Source of the DNA: an uncultured Gammaproteobacteria bacterium
GTDB lineage: Bacteria; Patescibacteriota; Patescibacteriia; Patescibacteriales; UBA12075
DNA length: 55,866 nucleotides
Direction: 5' to 3'
Assembly: GCA_964459725.1 (NCBI GenBank)
Contig: CAYWNT010000008.1
Location: 3,694 to 59,559, forward strand
Shown here: positions 10,090 to 20,074 of the stretch, one piece after another
Numbering within the stretch: position 1 is the first letter of the stretch
How the letters are laid out: every line of letters starts with the position of its first letter
The notes under the pieces: generated by a model
Database searches by the model: none
What the model was told of the DNA's origin: nothing
The model's input: only the letters and a program-made list of their open reading frames with translations
Translations under genes and position numbers: made by a program

Positions 10090-10716
10090 ATGTTAAATGA
10101 TTTTCAACAAACAGTTGACTTGAAAAAGAAGCTGAAAAATAACAAAAAACAATCTTCAGTAAAAAACCGTCCAAGTGAAGAGAAAGAGGAGTCTCGTGGT
10201 GTTGCTACTGATAAAAATGAAACAGTCCAGGCTGATCGAGTTGACGAGTTTTATAACAAGGAAGGTAAAAATGATTTTCATGTGATAGACAAAGCTAGCA
10301 GTAGCAAACAAGAAAACTTAAAAATTATTCTAGTTATTGTTTTTATTATATTTTCTAGTGCAGCTATTTATGGGTTATTTTTTAGAGATAATGATAAAAA
10401 TGAAGTTGTGGTGGAACAAAAAAAGGAATGGTATGCGGTCAAGTTGGTAACAGGCGAAGTTTACTACGGTGAAATATTAGATGTTTCAGGAGACCCGGTA
10501 GTGGTTGAAAATGTTTATTATGATTATGATCAAATATCAGAAAGTGAGAATGATGTGCAAAAAGATGAAGCAAGTAATCTGCGTCTTATTAAACGCGGCA
10601 AAGAAACACACGGACCAGCCGGGACAATGAATATTATAAGATCGCAGGTAAAGTATATAGAAAAATTAAAAAAAGAATCAAGAGTTCTAAGGGCTATACT
10701 TGATTATGAGAAATAA
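10090..10716 (+). CDS. Single-pass membrane hypothetical protein (CPR-type WYAV.L.TGEVYYG domain)
   Basis: Central TM helix followed by an extracytoplasmic beta-rich domain; 5-nt gap to the next gene. Confidence 0.7.
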   Translation: MLNDFQQTVDLKKKLKNNKKQSSVKNRPSEEKEESRGVATDKNETVQADRVDEFYNKEGKNDFHVIDKASSSKQENLKIILVIVFIIFSSAAIYGLFFRDNDKNEVVVEQKKEWYAVKLVTGEVYYGEILDVSGDPVVVENVYYDYDQISESENDVQKDEASNLRLIKRGKETHGPAGTMNIIRSQVKYIEKLKKESRVLRAILDYEK

Positions 10717-10721
10717 ATATT

Positions 10722-12035
10722 ATGTACAAGACTAAAATCCTCCCTAACGGAATTAGATTATTAACTTCTCCAATGCGTGGCACAAAAACTGCCACGATTT
10801 TAGTTATGGTAGGTACCGGGTCGAGATATGAAAACAGGCAAATAAGCGGATTGTCTCACTTTTTGGAGCATATGTTTTTCAAGGGAACAAAAAATAGACC
10901 GGATGCTCTCTCCATCTCATCCGAGCTAGATGCTATTGGAGCAGAGTTCAATGCCTTCACAAGTAAGGAGTACACAGGATATTGGGTAAAGTCAGATAGT
11001 AAAAAGATAGATACTTCTTTAGATCTTTTGAGTGATATGCTTTTTAATTCTAAGTTTGACTCAGCAGAAATTGACAGGGAAAGAGGCGTGATTATTGAGG
11101 AATGTAATATGTATGAAGACAATCCTATGATGCACGTGGAAGATGTTTTCGAAAGAGTTTTATATGGCAACACTCCGGCTGGTTGGGACACTATTGGACA
11201 TAAGGATAGTATAATGAAAGTTAAGAGAGACGATTTTGTAGAATATTTCTCATCTCAGTACATCCCGGAAAACATTACAATTTGTCTTGTTGGTAATTTG
11301 GGTGATATAAAAAAGGCGGAAAGAAAAGTAGGTAAATTTTTTGGAACTAAAAAGTTGGATAATGGTAATTTTATTGAAAAAGAAAAAGTTATAGAGAACC
11401 AAAAGAAACCTCAGATTTTGGCCGAATACAAAAAAACAGATCAAGCCCATTTTTCTCTTGGGGTTAGGTCATACGGATATAATGCAAAAGAAAAAAGTAT
11501 TTTGAAATTGATGTCTATTATTCTTGGTGGATCTATGAGTTCTAGACTCTTTATCAATCTCCGTGAACGTCATGGACTTGCTTATTATGTGAGAACCAAC
11601 AGCGAGGTGTATTCTGATACTGGTTATTTAACAACAGGGGCGGGAGTGCCGGTTGATAAAATAGACAAAGCTATAAAAATAATTTTATCTGAGTATAGAA
11701 AGCTAAAAACAAAGCTAGTGGATAAAAAGGAGTTACAAAGAGCAAAGGATTTACTAAACGGGAGACTTGCTATTCAAATGGAAGGCTCAGACAATGTTGC
11801 TAACTGGTATGCCAGACAGACAGCAATGGAGAAAACAGTTGCTAGAACTGCAGGCAAAAGGCTGGCCAATAAAGACATCCTAACTCCAGAAAAGTATTTA
11901 AAAGAAATAAATTCAATCAAGGCTAGTGATATTAGAAATGTCGCTAAAAAGATATTTGTAAATAAGGGACTCAATATGGCTGTAATTGGACCTTACAAGA
12001 GGAGGGATAAGTTTAGTAAGTTGTTGAAAGTTTAA
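10722..12035 (+). CDS. M16 (pitrilysin-family) zinc peptidase
   Basis: Inverted zinc motif HFLEH, NAFTSKE, and SSRLF..LRE.HGLAY. Confidence 0.95.
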   Translation: MYKTKILPNGIRLLTSPMRGTKTATILVMVGTGSRYENRQISGLSHFLEHMFFKGTKNRPDALSISSELDAIGAEFNAFTSKEYTGYWVKSDSKKIDTSLDLLSDMLFNSKFDSAEIDRERGVIIEECNMYEDNPMMHVEDVFERVLYGNTPAGWDTIGHKDSIMKVKRDDFVEYFSSQYIPENITICLVGNLGDIKKAERKVGKFFGTKKLDNGNFIEKEKVIENQKKPQILAEYKKTDQAHFSLGVRSYGYNAKEKSILKLMSIILGGSMSSRLFINLRERHGLAYYVRTNSEVYSDTGYLTTGAGVPVDKIDKAIKIILSEYRKLKTKLVDKKELQRAKDLLNGRLAIQMEGSDNVANWYARQTAMEKTVARTAGKRLANKDILTPEKYLKEINSIKASDIRNVAKKIFVNKGLNMAVIGPYKRRDKFSKLLKV

Positions 12036-12054
12036 GCTATTTTTTAGATATAAT

Positions 12055-12087
12055 AAAACACCCTTGTCTTCACGAGGGTGTTTTTTT
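12055..12087 (+). terminator. Intrinsic terminator, probably bidirectional
   Basis: AAAACACCCTTGT / ACGAGGGTGTTTT stem with T tract, between convergent genes. Confidence 0.85.
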
Positions 12088-12106
12088 GTTTTTTGTAGTG
12101 GAATGT

Positions 12107-12298
12107 TTAATCCACTTGAATTTTAAATTCTCCCTTGTGGATTTTTACAAAGATTGGTACCAATGCACCAATCAAGAACAATCCAAAAGAAAAAGGTGGT
12201 AGTAGATCGTTTGGTTTGAAGAAGTTGGTTATCACACAGATCATCGAAAGAACGAACATCAAGGTCATAAAAACTAATGATTTCATGATAAGCTCCAT
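12107..12298 (-). CDS. Small two-TM hypothetical protein (start may be 12286)
   Basis: Two hydrophobic segments; GGAG SD upstream of the second Met. Confidence 0.55.
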   Translation of the reverse strand: MELIMKSLVFMTLMFVLSMICVITNFFKPNDLLPPFSFGLFLIGALVPIFVKIHKGEFKIQVD

Positions 12299-12310
12299 TT
12301 TTATTGACTA

Positions 12311-12448
12311 TTATTCCTCAAATTCATCAAGTTCTGCTTCGTGAATTTCCAGTATACATGTTTTGCAGCATGAACCCTTATAGTCGTCTCCTAACCGGGA
12401 ACTACAAATTTCACATTCTCTTTTTTTAGAACTCATTTCCCCTTTCAT
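12311..12448 (-). CDS. 45-aa Cys-rich (CxxC...CxxC) zinc-finger-like microprotein, absent from the ORF track
   Basis: AAGGAG SD, then MKGEMSSKKRECEICSSRLGDDYKGSCCKTCILEIHEAELDEFEE*. Confidence 0.6.
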   Translation of the reverse strand: MKGEMSSKKRECEICSSRLGDDYKGSCCKTCILEIHEAELDEFEE

Positions 12449-12472
12449 TGTTAAGGTCTCCTTATTTAATTA

Positions 12473-12510
12473 AATGTATATACATTTGTTTAAACATATG
12501 TATATACATT
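12473..12510. repeat. 38-bp palindrome (one mismatch), copy 1 of 2
   Basis: AATGTATATACATTTGTTTAAACATATGTATATACATT; 37/38 identical to 38193-38230. Confidence 0.9.
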
Positions 12511-12553
12511 AATAAAATTTCTCCCGCATAATTTTTTTTGGAAGTAAAAGAAC

Positions 12554-12798
12554 TTATTGTTCACTATCAGTTATTTCCAAAAGTTCAAAAAGTTTATTCA
12601 AGGTGTCTTCTTCTAAAATTAGTTTAATATCAGTACTAACGTATGCTATATATCTTTGAGCTTTTGGTATCCCCCAGTTTTAAGTGCTTTAATAATTTCT
12701 GCTTTTATAACACTTTCATCCAAGGCCAGATAACCAATGATATCTTTTTAGTCTTTATCAAATAGTTTTTGTACGGTAGATATTAAATCTGTTTCCAC
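12554..12798 (-). pseudogene. Decayed small ORF of about 80 codons
   Basis: GGAGG SD plus GTG start; in-frame TAA at 12748-12750; an apparent TA duplication near 12649 creates a TAG. Otherwise protein-like to 12554. Confidence 0.4.
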
Positions 12799-12902
12799 TT
12801 TATTATCCTCCCATTTATTATATTTTAAAGGTTCGATTCTGTTTTTTAAGAACAAAATAAATTTATCATTAAATATAGTTAATTGCAAGAATTTATGCAA
12901 AT

Positions 12903-13454
12903 TTAATCTCTTTTTTCGTTAAAAATATTTGGAGGTAGTTCTTCTGGCCAATTGCCATTTTTTTTGGTCTCTAATATTTTCCAAAGTATATCACCAAGTC
13001 TACCATTTCCGTCTTCAAGGGGGTGGATTTTTTCAAATTCGGTGTATAGTAATGCTGTGTTTAGCCTTTCGTCCTCAGTCGGATCTTTCAGAAATGATTC
13101 GAAGCCTTGGCAGAAACCTTTTATCGCTTGTGGGATTTTTTCTGCATCCAATGCCTTTGATCCATTTTGAAAAGTGACTGGCACCTTGCGGTATCCTTTT
13201 TCATTGCGTTTTTCAATTAAAACCGCCCACTCTAAAATCAAAGCTTCAACATCTTCTGAGTTTAGTTGATTGAGCTTGTCCTCATTTGCTGCTAACTTTT
13301 TTGCCCCTGAATAAGCAATGGCAAATCCTTCTATTTGCTCTTTGCTTGTAGCTGACTGTATTTCACATTGTTTTTTCACCAAAAAGATATCAGTTTCAGA
13401 TAAATTATCAGGAAAAATATATTCAGATTCTATTTTTTGTTTAAAATTTTCCAT
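12903..13454 (-). CDS. Fic/Doc family protein
   Basis: HPLEDGNGRLG Fic signature; GYRKVPVTF flap segment. Confidence 0.9.
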   Translation of the reverse strand: MENFKQKIESEYIFPDNLSETDIFLVKKQCEIQSATSKEQIEGFAIAYSGAKKLAANEDKLNQLNSEDVEALILEWAVLIEKRNEKGYRKVPVTFQNGSKALDAEKIPQAIKGFCQGFESFLKDPTEDERLNTALLYTEFEKIHPLEDGNGRLGDILWKILETKKNGNWPEELPPNIFNEKRD

Positions 13455-13682
13455 ATTAATTAATTTTTTAAAAATAAAAATAAATTTATTTCGTCTAACA
13501 GGTTGTATGCGAACTTGTTTGCGAATTATTTAATGTAAGCTTTTAAAATAGGGGAAATAATTGTTCATGGGTGATATATTAGAGTGATATAAAGCCTATA
13601 TTAAAAGTATATATTTTTATCTAGTATTTGTAAATAAACTAGACTACTCACATATTTTCAGTTAATATGTTATTATAAAAAT

Positions 13683-16600
13683 ATGACTGAATTTGTTAAA
13701 CAATTAAATAATGAGCAGAAAAAAGCGGCTACTCATAAAGACGGTCCTCTTTTGGTTGTGGCTGGAGCAGGAACTGGGAAGACTACTGTTTTAATTGAAA
13801 GATTGAATTATTTAATTAAAAACAAGCTTGCCAAACCAGATGAGATACTTATTACCACTTTTACAGAAAAAGCAGCAGGGGAGATGGAGGAACGGGCGGA
13901 TAAGATATTGCCTTATGGTTATACTGATCTTTGGATAAATACCTTTCATGGATTTTGCGAACGAATTTTACGGGATCATGCTTTGGATATTGGGCTATCA
14001 GCTGACTTCAAACTTCTCACCCAAACCGAACAGTGGATGATGATAAGAAGGCACTTGGATGAGTTTGAGTTGGATTATTACCGACCTCTTGGGAATCCCA
14101 CTAAGTTTATTCATGAGCTTATTAAACATTTCTCTCGTTTGAAAGACGAGAATATTAGTAGTGAAGAATATTTAAAATATGCAGAAGACCTAGAGCAAGA
14201 CACAGACTCAATGCTTGATGGTAGCAAAGAAACAAAAGAGCAAGAAGTTGACAGAATAAACGAAATTGCTAATGCTTTTCATAAATACAACCAATTACTA
14301 CTAGAGAATAGTTATTTGGACTTTGGTGACTTAATTGTTTATACGATCAAACTATTCAAAGAACGGCCGAATGTCTTGAAGGGATATCAAGAGCAGTTTA
14401 AGTATATAATGGTGGATGAGTTTCAGGATACGAACTGGTCACAGTATGAGCTTATCAAAATACTGGCTGAGCCAAAGAACAACTTGATGGTTGTAGGAGA
14501 TGATGACCAGTGTCTACCGGGGAGTACTAAAATTTTATTACCAAAAAACAAAGAGAAAAGAATAGATAAAATAAAAGTAGGAGAAGAGGTGGTTACCGCA
14601 GTTGGTAAAGGGCATCTTTGTTTTAGTAAAGTAAAACACGTAAATAAAACTATCAAAAAAGCAAAATTAATTACTTTTAAAACAGAAAAAGGACGCACCA
14701 TTACCACAACCGATAATCACAAAATGTTTTGTTTTGTAAATGAAGATAAGTACGCCAAGGAGGTAAAAAAATATTTTTATGTTTACTTGATGCACAAAGA
14801 GGGACTTGGTTGGAGAATGGGAATTACAAATAACTTGATTATCAGATTAAGGCTTGAACGAAAGGCAGATAAAGTAGTTGCTATCAAAGCATGTAAAAAT
14901 GAAATAGAGGCTAGATATCAAGAGAATTTATTGTCTTTGAAATACGGTATCCCAACAAATGTGTTTGCTGAACGTGATGGTATTATGACTAAAAAAGAGT
15001 TGGTTGAAAAGCTGTATAAGGAGTTAGATGTTGAATCTGGTGTTATTCGGTTGGCTCAGGACTTGGGTATAGATTTAACAGTTCATCAAGTCAGCTCTAA
15101 TGGAGTAAATAGAAGCGGAAAAGTTAGAATAAAAATTAATTTGGAGATGTGTTATAGGAATTATCGAAGTAAGTATAGGAAAGTTTATTTAAAAACTCCA
15201 AATATATCTCATTTGCTCTCAGTGGAAACGACTCACAAGCCTACAATATTGAAATTAAAAAAAATGGGCTTTGATTTGAAAAACGCAAGACTTGGCAAGC
15301 GTTTGAGAATACAAAGTGAAGATTTATCATATTTGGGAAAAATAGCCAAAAAGATCCAGAAAGAAATAGGTGGAATAGTTGAGAACAGGTTTAATGTCGG
15401 AACAGCCAATATACAACATAAAAGATCCTTAGTGGTTCCTGCTTCAAATATTCTAGAGGGGATGTATATTCCAGTCGTGACTAGCAAGGGTGTTATATAT
15501 GATCAGATAATTTCTAGAAAAGAAAAGAAGAAAAAAACAACGGTTTATGACCTTGAAATAGAAAAAACTCATAATTTTATAGCAAACGGCATAGCTGTTC
15601 ATAATTCTATTTACGCCTTCCGTGGAAGTTCGATGCATAATATCATGCAATTTGAAGATGACTTTCCAAAAACCAAGAAAGTAGTACTGACCAAGAACTA
15701 TCGTTCAGGCGAGGAAATACTTGATGCCTCTTATAATTTTATAAAACACAATGATCCGAATCGTTTGGAAGTGAAACTTGGAATAGATAAGAAACTAACT
15801 TCGCCACTCAAGAAAAAAGGAGATATTGTAAATCTTAATTTCCATACAGAAGCAGAGGAGACCAGTTCGGTGGTTAAGGAAATAGTAAATATTAAAGCGA
15901 GTGAGAAAGAATCCAAGTGGAGCGACTTTGCTATACTCGTTAGGGCGAATAGCACAGCGGTTAAATTTGTAAACGAGCTCGATCGCGCTGGTATTCCAAA
16001 TCAATTTGTTTCCCTTCGAGGTCTTTACCAGAAACCTATCGTTGTAGACATCTTGGCCTATCTTAAGCTGCTTGATAATTATCATGAATCAAGCGCGCTT
16101 TATCGTGTCCTTAATATGGAAGTCTTCAAAGTAACGCATTCGGACATTGTAACCATAAACAAATTCGCTCGAAGGAAGGTCTGGTCGACATTTGAGGCGC
16201 TTAGAAATATTGACGCAATAAAAGAAATTAGCGAAACTTCTAGAGAAAATATCAAAAAACTCCTTATTTTTATAGGAAAACATTCAGAAAAAGTAAAAAA
16301 AAGTCTGCCGTCAAAGGTCTATGTTAGTTTTGTCAGAGACACCGGACTTCTCAAGGATTTGGATCATGATAAGGACAGAGAAATCTTTGATTATCTAAAC
16401 CAGTTTTATCAAAAGATAAAAACATTTGAATCAGACGGAGACGATCTGCGTCTTAGCGATTTTATGAAAATGTTTGAAATGGAGCTTGAGTCAGGAGAGA
16501 CAGGATCACTTCGAAGTATGGCAGATGACCCAGATGTTGTTAAGGTAATGACAGTGCATGCAGCTAAGGGACTTGAGTTTGACTATGTCTTCATGCCTGG

Positions 16601-17750
16601 ACTTGTAGATAAAAAGTTCCCGGTAATAAATAGAAAGGAGAAAATAACTATTCCGGAAAAACTAGTAAGAGAAGTAGTGCCAGAAGGGGATATTCACACA
16701 GAGGAAGAGAGGAGACTTTTCTACGTTGCTGTAACTCGTGCGAAAAGGAAGCTATATTTAACAACAGCCAAGGATTATGGCGGAGCAAGAGAAAAGAAAC
16801 CTTCCAAGTTTTTGGAGGAAATGGGTGAAGTCGAAAGTCGCCCGCCTGCCGGACGGACAGGAAAGTTGAAAGTCGCCCGCCTGCCGGACGGACAGGAAAG
16901 TCAGTTAAGTAGTAACGAGTTACTTGATGATGTAAATGCTAAGACAATCAAGAGGGAAACTGAGACTCTGTACGCATTACCAAAAATGTATTCATTTTCC
17001 CAACTTGAGGCTTATTCAAATTGTCCTTTGCAGTATAAGTTCAATTTTATTTTAAAAATACCGGTTGAGGAAAAGGTGAGCTTTATCTTTGGCAGGGTAA
17101 TGCATAATGTCCTTAAGGATTTCTTTGAGAGGATTATTGGTGGCAATAGTATTCAGCCTGAGTTGTTTAGCAGTACCGAAGAAAAAGAAGTTAAAAGGCC
17201 GACTGAAAAAGAATTGTTACAAATTTACAAAGAGAGATGGAATGATAATGGTTATCATTCTAAGCTCGAGAGAGAGAAATATAAAAAGAAAGGCGAGGAT
17301 ATTCTGCGTGATTTGTATAAAAGACTAGAGGAAGACGGTTGGCCGAAAGTCATGTTTGTTGAGAAAGGGTTTAATGTAAGAATTGGCCAATACACCCTCA
17401 GGGGTTCAATTGATAGAATCGACAGACTACCTGACGAGACTGTAGAGATAGTAGACTATAAAACAGGCAACCCAAAAGAGAAACTAGATGCCAAGAGCAA
17501 GCGCCAGTTAATACTCTATAAGATTGCTTGCGAGCAAGTGCTAGGCCTGAAGGTTTCTAAGCTTTCATATTATTATTTGGAAAACAATAACAAGATCTCT
17601 TTCGAAGCAAAAGACAAAGAAATAGAAAAACAAGAGGAACAAATTATAGCGCAAATTGAAGAGATAAAAAAATGCAACTTTACAGCAAAGCCTGGATTTT
17701 TATGTGCTTATTGTGACTTCAAAGATATTTGTGAGTTTAAAAAACTCTAA
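13683..17750 (+). CDS. UvrD/PcrA-family SF1A helicase fused to a PD-(D/E)XK nuclease with Fe-S cysteines; contains an intein
   Basis: AGAGTGKT, VDEFQD, GDDDQ/SIYAFRG, TVHAAKGLEF, EERRLFYVAVTRA; C-terminal GSIDRID...DYKTG and C.....CxxCxxxxxC. Confidence 0.95.
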   Translation: MTEFVKQLNNEQKKAATHKDGPLLVVAGAGTGKTTVLIERLNYLIKNKLAKPDEILITTFTEKAAGEMEERADKILPYGYTDLWINTFHGFCERILRDHALDIGLSADFKLLTQTEQWMMIRRHLDEFELDYYRPLGNPTKFIHELIKHFSRLKDENISSEEYLKYAEDLEQDTDSMLDGSKETKEQEVDRINEIANAFHKYNQLLLENSYLDFGDLIVYTIKLFKERPNVLKGYQEQFKYIMVDEFQDTNWSQYELIKILAEPKNNLMVVGDDDQCLPGSTKILLPKNKEKRIDKIKVGEEVVTAVGKGHLCFSKVKHVNKTIKKAKLITFKTEKGRTITTTDNHKMFCFVNEDKYAKEVKKYFYVYLMHKEGLGWRMGITNNLIIRLRLERKADKVVAIKACKNEIEARYQENLLSLKYGIPTNVFAERDGIMTKKELVEKLYKELDVESGVIRLAQDLGIDLTVHQVSSNGVNRSGKVRIKINLEMCYRNYRSKYRKVYLKTPNISHLLSVETTHKPTILKLKKMGFDLKNARLGKRLRIQSEDLSYLGKIAKKIQKEIGGIVENRFNVGTANIQHKRSLVVPASNILEGMYIPVVTSKGVIYDQIISRKEKKKKTTVYDLEIEKTHNFIANGIAVHNSIYAFRGSSMHNIMQFEDDFPKTKKVVLTKNYRSGEEILDASYNFIKHNDPNRLEVKLGIDKKLTSPLKKKGDIVNLNFHTEAEETSSVVKEIVNIKASEKESKWSDFAILVRANSTAVKFVNELDRAGIPNQFVSLRGLYQKPIVVDILAYLKLLDNYHESSALYRVLNMEVFKVTHSDIVTINKFARRKVWSTFEALRNIDAIKEISETSRENIKKLLIFIGKHSEKVKKSLPSKVYVSFVRDTGLLKDLDHDKDREIFDYLNQFYQKIKTFESDGDDLRLSDFMKMFEMELESGETGSLRSMADDPDVVKVMTVHAAKGLEFDYVFMPGLVDKKFPVINRKEKITIPEKLVREVVPEGDIHTEEERRLFYVAVTRAKRKLYLTTAKDYGGAREKKPSKFLEEMGEVESRPPAGRTGKLKVARLPDGQESQLSSNELLDDVNAKTIKRETETLYALPKMYSFSQLEAYSNCPLQYKFNFILKIPVEEKVSFIFGRVMHNVLKDFFERIIGGNSIQPELFSSTEEKEVKRPTEKELLQIYKERWNDNGYHSKLEREKYKKKGEDILRDLYKRLEEDGWPKVMFVEKGFNVRIGQYTLRGSIDRIDRLPDETVEIVDYKTGNPKEKLDAKSKRQLILYKIACEQVLGLKVSKLSYYYLENNNKISFEAKDKEIEKQEEQIIAQIEEIKKCNFTAKPGFLCAYCDFKDICEFKKL
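14511..15605 (+). mobile_element. 365-aa intein in helicase motif III with a GIY-YIG-like central domain
   Basis: Splits GDDDQ|SIYAFRG. Starts CLPGSTKI, has block B TTTDNH and block F VYDLEIEKTHNFIANG, and ends HN before Ser. Confidence 0.95.
16841..16896 (+). repeat. Two copies of the 21-nt element CCCGCCTGCCGGACGGACAGG inside the helicase gene
   Basis: Exact copies at 16841-16861 and 16876-16896, embedded in GAAAGTY heptamers. Confidence 0.9.
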
Positions 17751-17850
17751 GAGTCAGCTTAGGTTTTTATTATTGAAAAATTTGAAATAAAATGCTAAAG
17801 TTAATATATTACTTTAGCATTTTTTATTAATTTTAAGCTCGATATATTGC

Positions 17851-18228
17851 ATGACATTAAGCAAATATTTGACAATAATGGGAATTTTCACTGTGATTAG
17901 CTGGCTTAGTTTAATTTTTGTGCTTTGGACGGTAAATCCGGAAAGTACTAATACAGTGGGCTTTATTCTTTTTTATGTTTCCTTGTTTATTTCTTTACTT
18001 GGTACTTCGGCAATAATGGGTTTTGTAATAAGATTTGTAGCCATGAAAAAGGAATTAGCTTTTACCTTGGTGCGTAATGCCTTCCGTCAGTCATTTTTAT
18101 TTGCCGCCCTAGTTGTAATTTGTCTTTTTTTAATGACCAAAGACTTGCTGACTTGGCTAAACCTTTCTTTTTTGGTTATTGGGCTTTCAGTTTTGGAGTT
18201 TTTCTTATTAGGGTACGAAAACAATTAA
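17851..18228 (+). CDS. Four-TM hypothetical membrane protein
   Basis: Four hydrophobic helices; directly upstream of pheS. Confidence 0.75.
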   Translation: MTLSKYLTIMGIFTVISWLSLIFVLWTVNPESTNTVGFILFYVSLFISLLGTSAIMGFVIRFVAMKKELAFTLVRNAFRQSFLFAALVVICLFLMTKDLLTWLNLSFLVIGLSVLEFFLLGYENN

Positions 18229-18250
18229 CCAAATAATTTAATTAGCATAT

Positions 18251-19276
18251 ATGGAAAAAAAATTAGAACAAATAAAAAAAGATGCGATTGAAGCATTGAA
18301 AAATTTGAAGGACTCTAAGTTGGTAAAGGATCTTGAAACTGAATTTTTGGGAAGAAAAGGAAAGCTAACTACTGTACTTCGTGGAATAAAAGAGCTGAGC
18401 GCAGAAGAGAAGAAGAAGATTGGGAAATTGGCAAATGTTATAAAAAATGATATCCAGGAGAAATTTAATGAAATAAAAAACGAAGTTAGTGAAACAGGAG
18501 GAGAAAATTTTGTTGATGTAACTTTGCCAGGAAAAGAAATAAAGAGAGGACATCTAAGTCCTATCACCATAATACAAAATGAGCTGGAAGATTTATTCTC
18601 ATCCCTGGGTTTTGTGGTGGAAGACGGTCCCGAACTTGAAAGTGATTATTTCAACTTTGAAGCATTAAATATCCCTGCCAGTCATCCGGCGCGGGATATG
18701 CAGGATACATTTTTTATAGACAAGAAAAATGATAAAGATGAGTACGACTTAGTAATGCGCACCCACACTTCCCCTGTCCAGGTAAGATCAATGAAAAAGC
18801 ACGGAGCACCACTTAGGGTGATAGTGCCGGGCAGGTGTTTCAGAAATGAAGCCACAGATGTTAGACATGAGCATACCTTCTATCAACTCGAAGGTCTGAT
18901 GGTTGATAAGGGAATTAACTTCAGCCACCTAAAAGGAGTCTTAGAAGTGATTGGAAAATATTTGTACGGTGAAGATACTGAACTTAGAATGCGGCCTAAA
19001 TTTTATCCTTTTGTAGAACCGGGTGTGAATTTGGAATACACTTGCTTTCTCTGTAAGGGAGAGGGATGTAAGCTCTGTAAGAAAACAGGTTGGCTTGAAG
19101 TAGGAGGATGCGGCATGATTCATCCAGATGTTTTAAAGGCTGGCGGGATTGATAGTGATGAGTACACAGGCTTTGCTTTCGGATTCGGGCTTAATAGATT
19201 GGTAATGCTTAAATACGCCATAGAGGATGTCAGAACTTTTAATAGTGGAGACTTGAGATTTCTGTCTCAGTTTTGA
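18251..19276 (+). CDS. pheS: Phenylalanine--tRNA ligase alpha subunit
   Basis: HPARDMQDTF, MRTHTSPVQ, FYPFVEPG, GFAFGFG. Confidence 0.98.
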   Translation: MEKKLEQIKKDAIEALKNLKDSKLVKDLETEFLGRKGKLTTVLRGIKELSAEEKKKIGKLANVIKNDIQEKFNEIKNEVSETGGENFVDVTLPGKEIKRGHLSPITIIQNELEDLFSSLGFVVEDGPELESDYFNFEALNIPASHPARDMQDTFFIDKKNDKDEYDLVMRTHTSPVQVRSMKKHGAPLRVIVPGRCFRNEATDVRHEHTFYQLEGLMVDKGINFSHLKGVLEVIGKYLYGEDTELRMRPKFYPFVEPGVNLEYTCFLCKGEGCKLCKKTGWLEVGGCGMIHPDVLKAGGIDSDEYTGFAFGFGLNRLVMLKYAIEDVRTFNSGDLRFLSQF

Positions 19277-19326
19277 GACATACACGGAAAATAACGAAAA
19301 AATAAACGAACAGTAACTAATTTTTT

Positions 19327-20073
19327 ATGATACAAACTAAAGAAATAATACAATTTTGTGAGGAATATTTGAAGGTGGAGAATTTTGAAGATGGTTGTCA
19401 TAATGGATTGCAAATCGAAGGAGCGCCAAAGGTGGGAAAAATAATAACCGGTGTTACCTTGTCTCAGAAGCTGATTGAAACCGCTATCAAGAAACGAGCT
19501 AAGATGATATTAGTGCATCATGGAATCTTCCGAGACGCTCTAGGAAACCCCCCAATCGTAAAAGGAGTTTATAAAAATAGAATTAAGCTGTTACTGGAAA
19601 ACAATATCAATTTAGCAGCCTTTCATCTACCATTGGATGCCCACCCCTTGATTGGTAATAATATTTCGCTTTGTAGAGCACTTGGAATAAAGGATGTAAA
19701 ACCAATGGATGTTGGATTTGTGGGTGAGCTGGATGAGCAAATAAAATTTGCTGATTTTGTAGAAGTAGTAAAAGAAAAACTAGAAGCTGATCTGACTGTG
19801 ATCCCAGCAGGAACCAGAAAGGTGCAAAGAATTGGAGTAATTTCCGGCGGATCTTCACCTGAATATATTCAAGCAGTAGAAGAAGCAGCGGATGTTTATA
19901 TTTGTGGAGACTTGAGGGAAAATATAGTGCGAGAAGTAGAAGAGGTGAAATTAAATCTCATAAACGCCGGTCATTATAATACAGAAAAATTAGGAATAAA
20001 AAATTTAGGAGAATTAATCGCAAAAAAATTCGGAATTAAACATGAGTTTATAGATATACCGAATAGTATTTGA
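19327..20073 (+). CDS. Nif3-like dinuclear metal-centre hexameric protein (YbgI family)
   Basis: NGLQIEG, VHHG, HLPLDAHP, GHYNTE. Confidence 0.95.
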   Translation: MIQTKEIIQFCEEYLKVENFEDGCHNGLQIEGAPKVGKIITGVTLSQKLIETAIKKRAKMILVHHGIFRDALGNPPIVKGVYKNRIKLLLENNINLAAFHLPLDAHPLIGNNISLCRALGIKDVKPMDVGFVGELDEQIKFADFVEVVKEKLEADLTVIPAGTRKVQRIGVISGGSSPEYIQAVEEAADVYICGDLRENIVREVEEVKLNLINAGHYNTEKLGIKNLGELIAKKFGIKHEFIDIPNSI

Positions 20074-20074
20074 T

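Noticed and set aside
12473-12510. dif/Xer site
   Set aside because: Shares only AATGTATA with enterobacterial dif, lacks the TTATGTTAAA XerD arm, and occurs twice.
12828-12842. GGTTCGATTC, a tRNA T-loop-like motif
   Set aside because: No acceptor, D or anticodon stems around it.
16831-16900. 35-bp direct repeat as a mini CRISPR array
   Set aside because: Only two abutting copies, no unique spacer, inside a CDS, and no cas genes.
17789-17823. Inverted repeat AAAATGCTAAAGT/ACTTTAGCATTTT
   Set aside because: Probably the helicase terminator or an overlap with the next promoter; single copy with nothing further to support a novel role.
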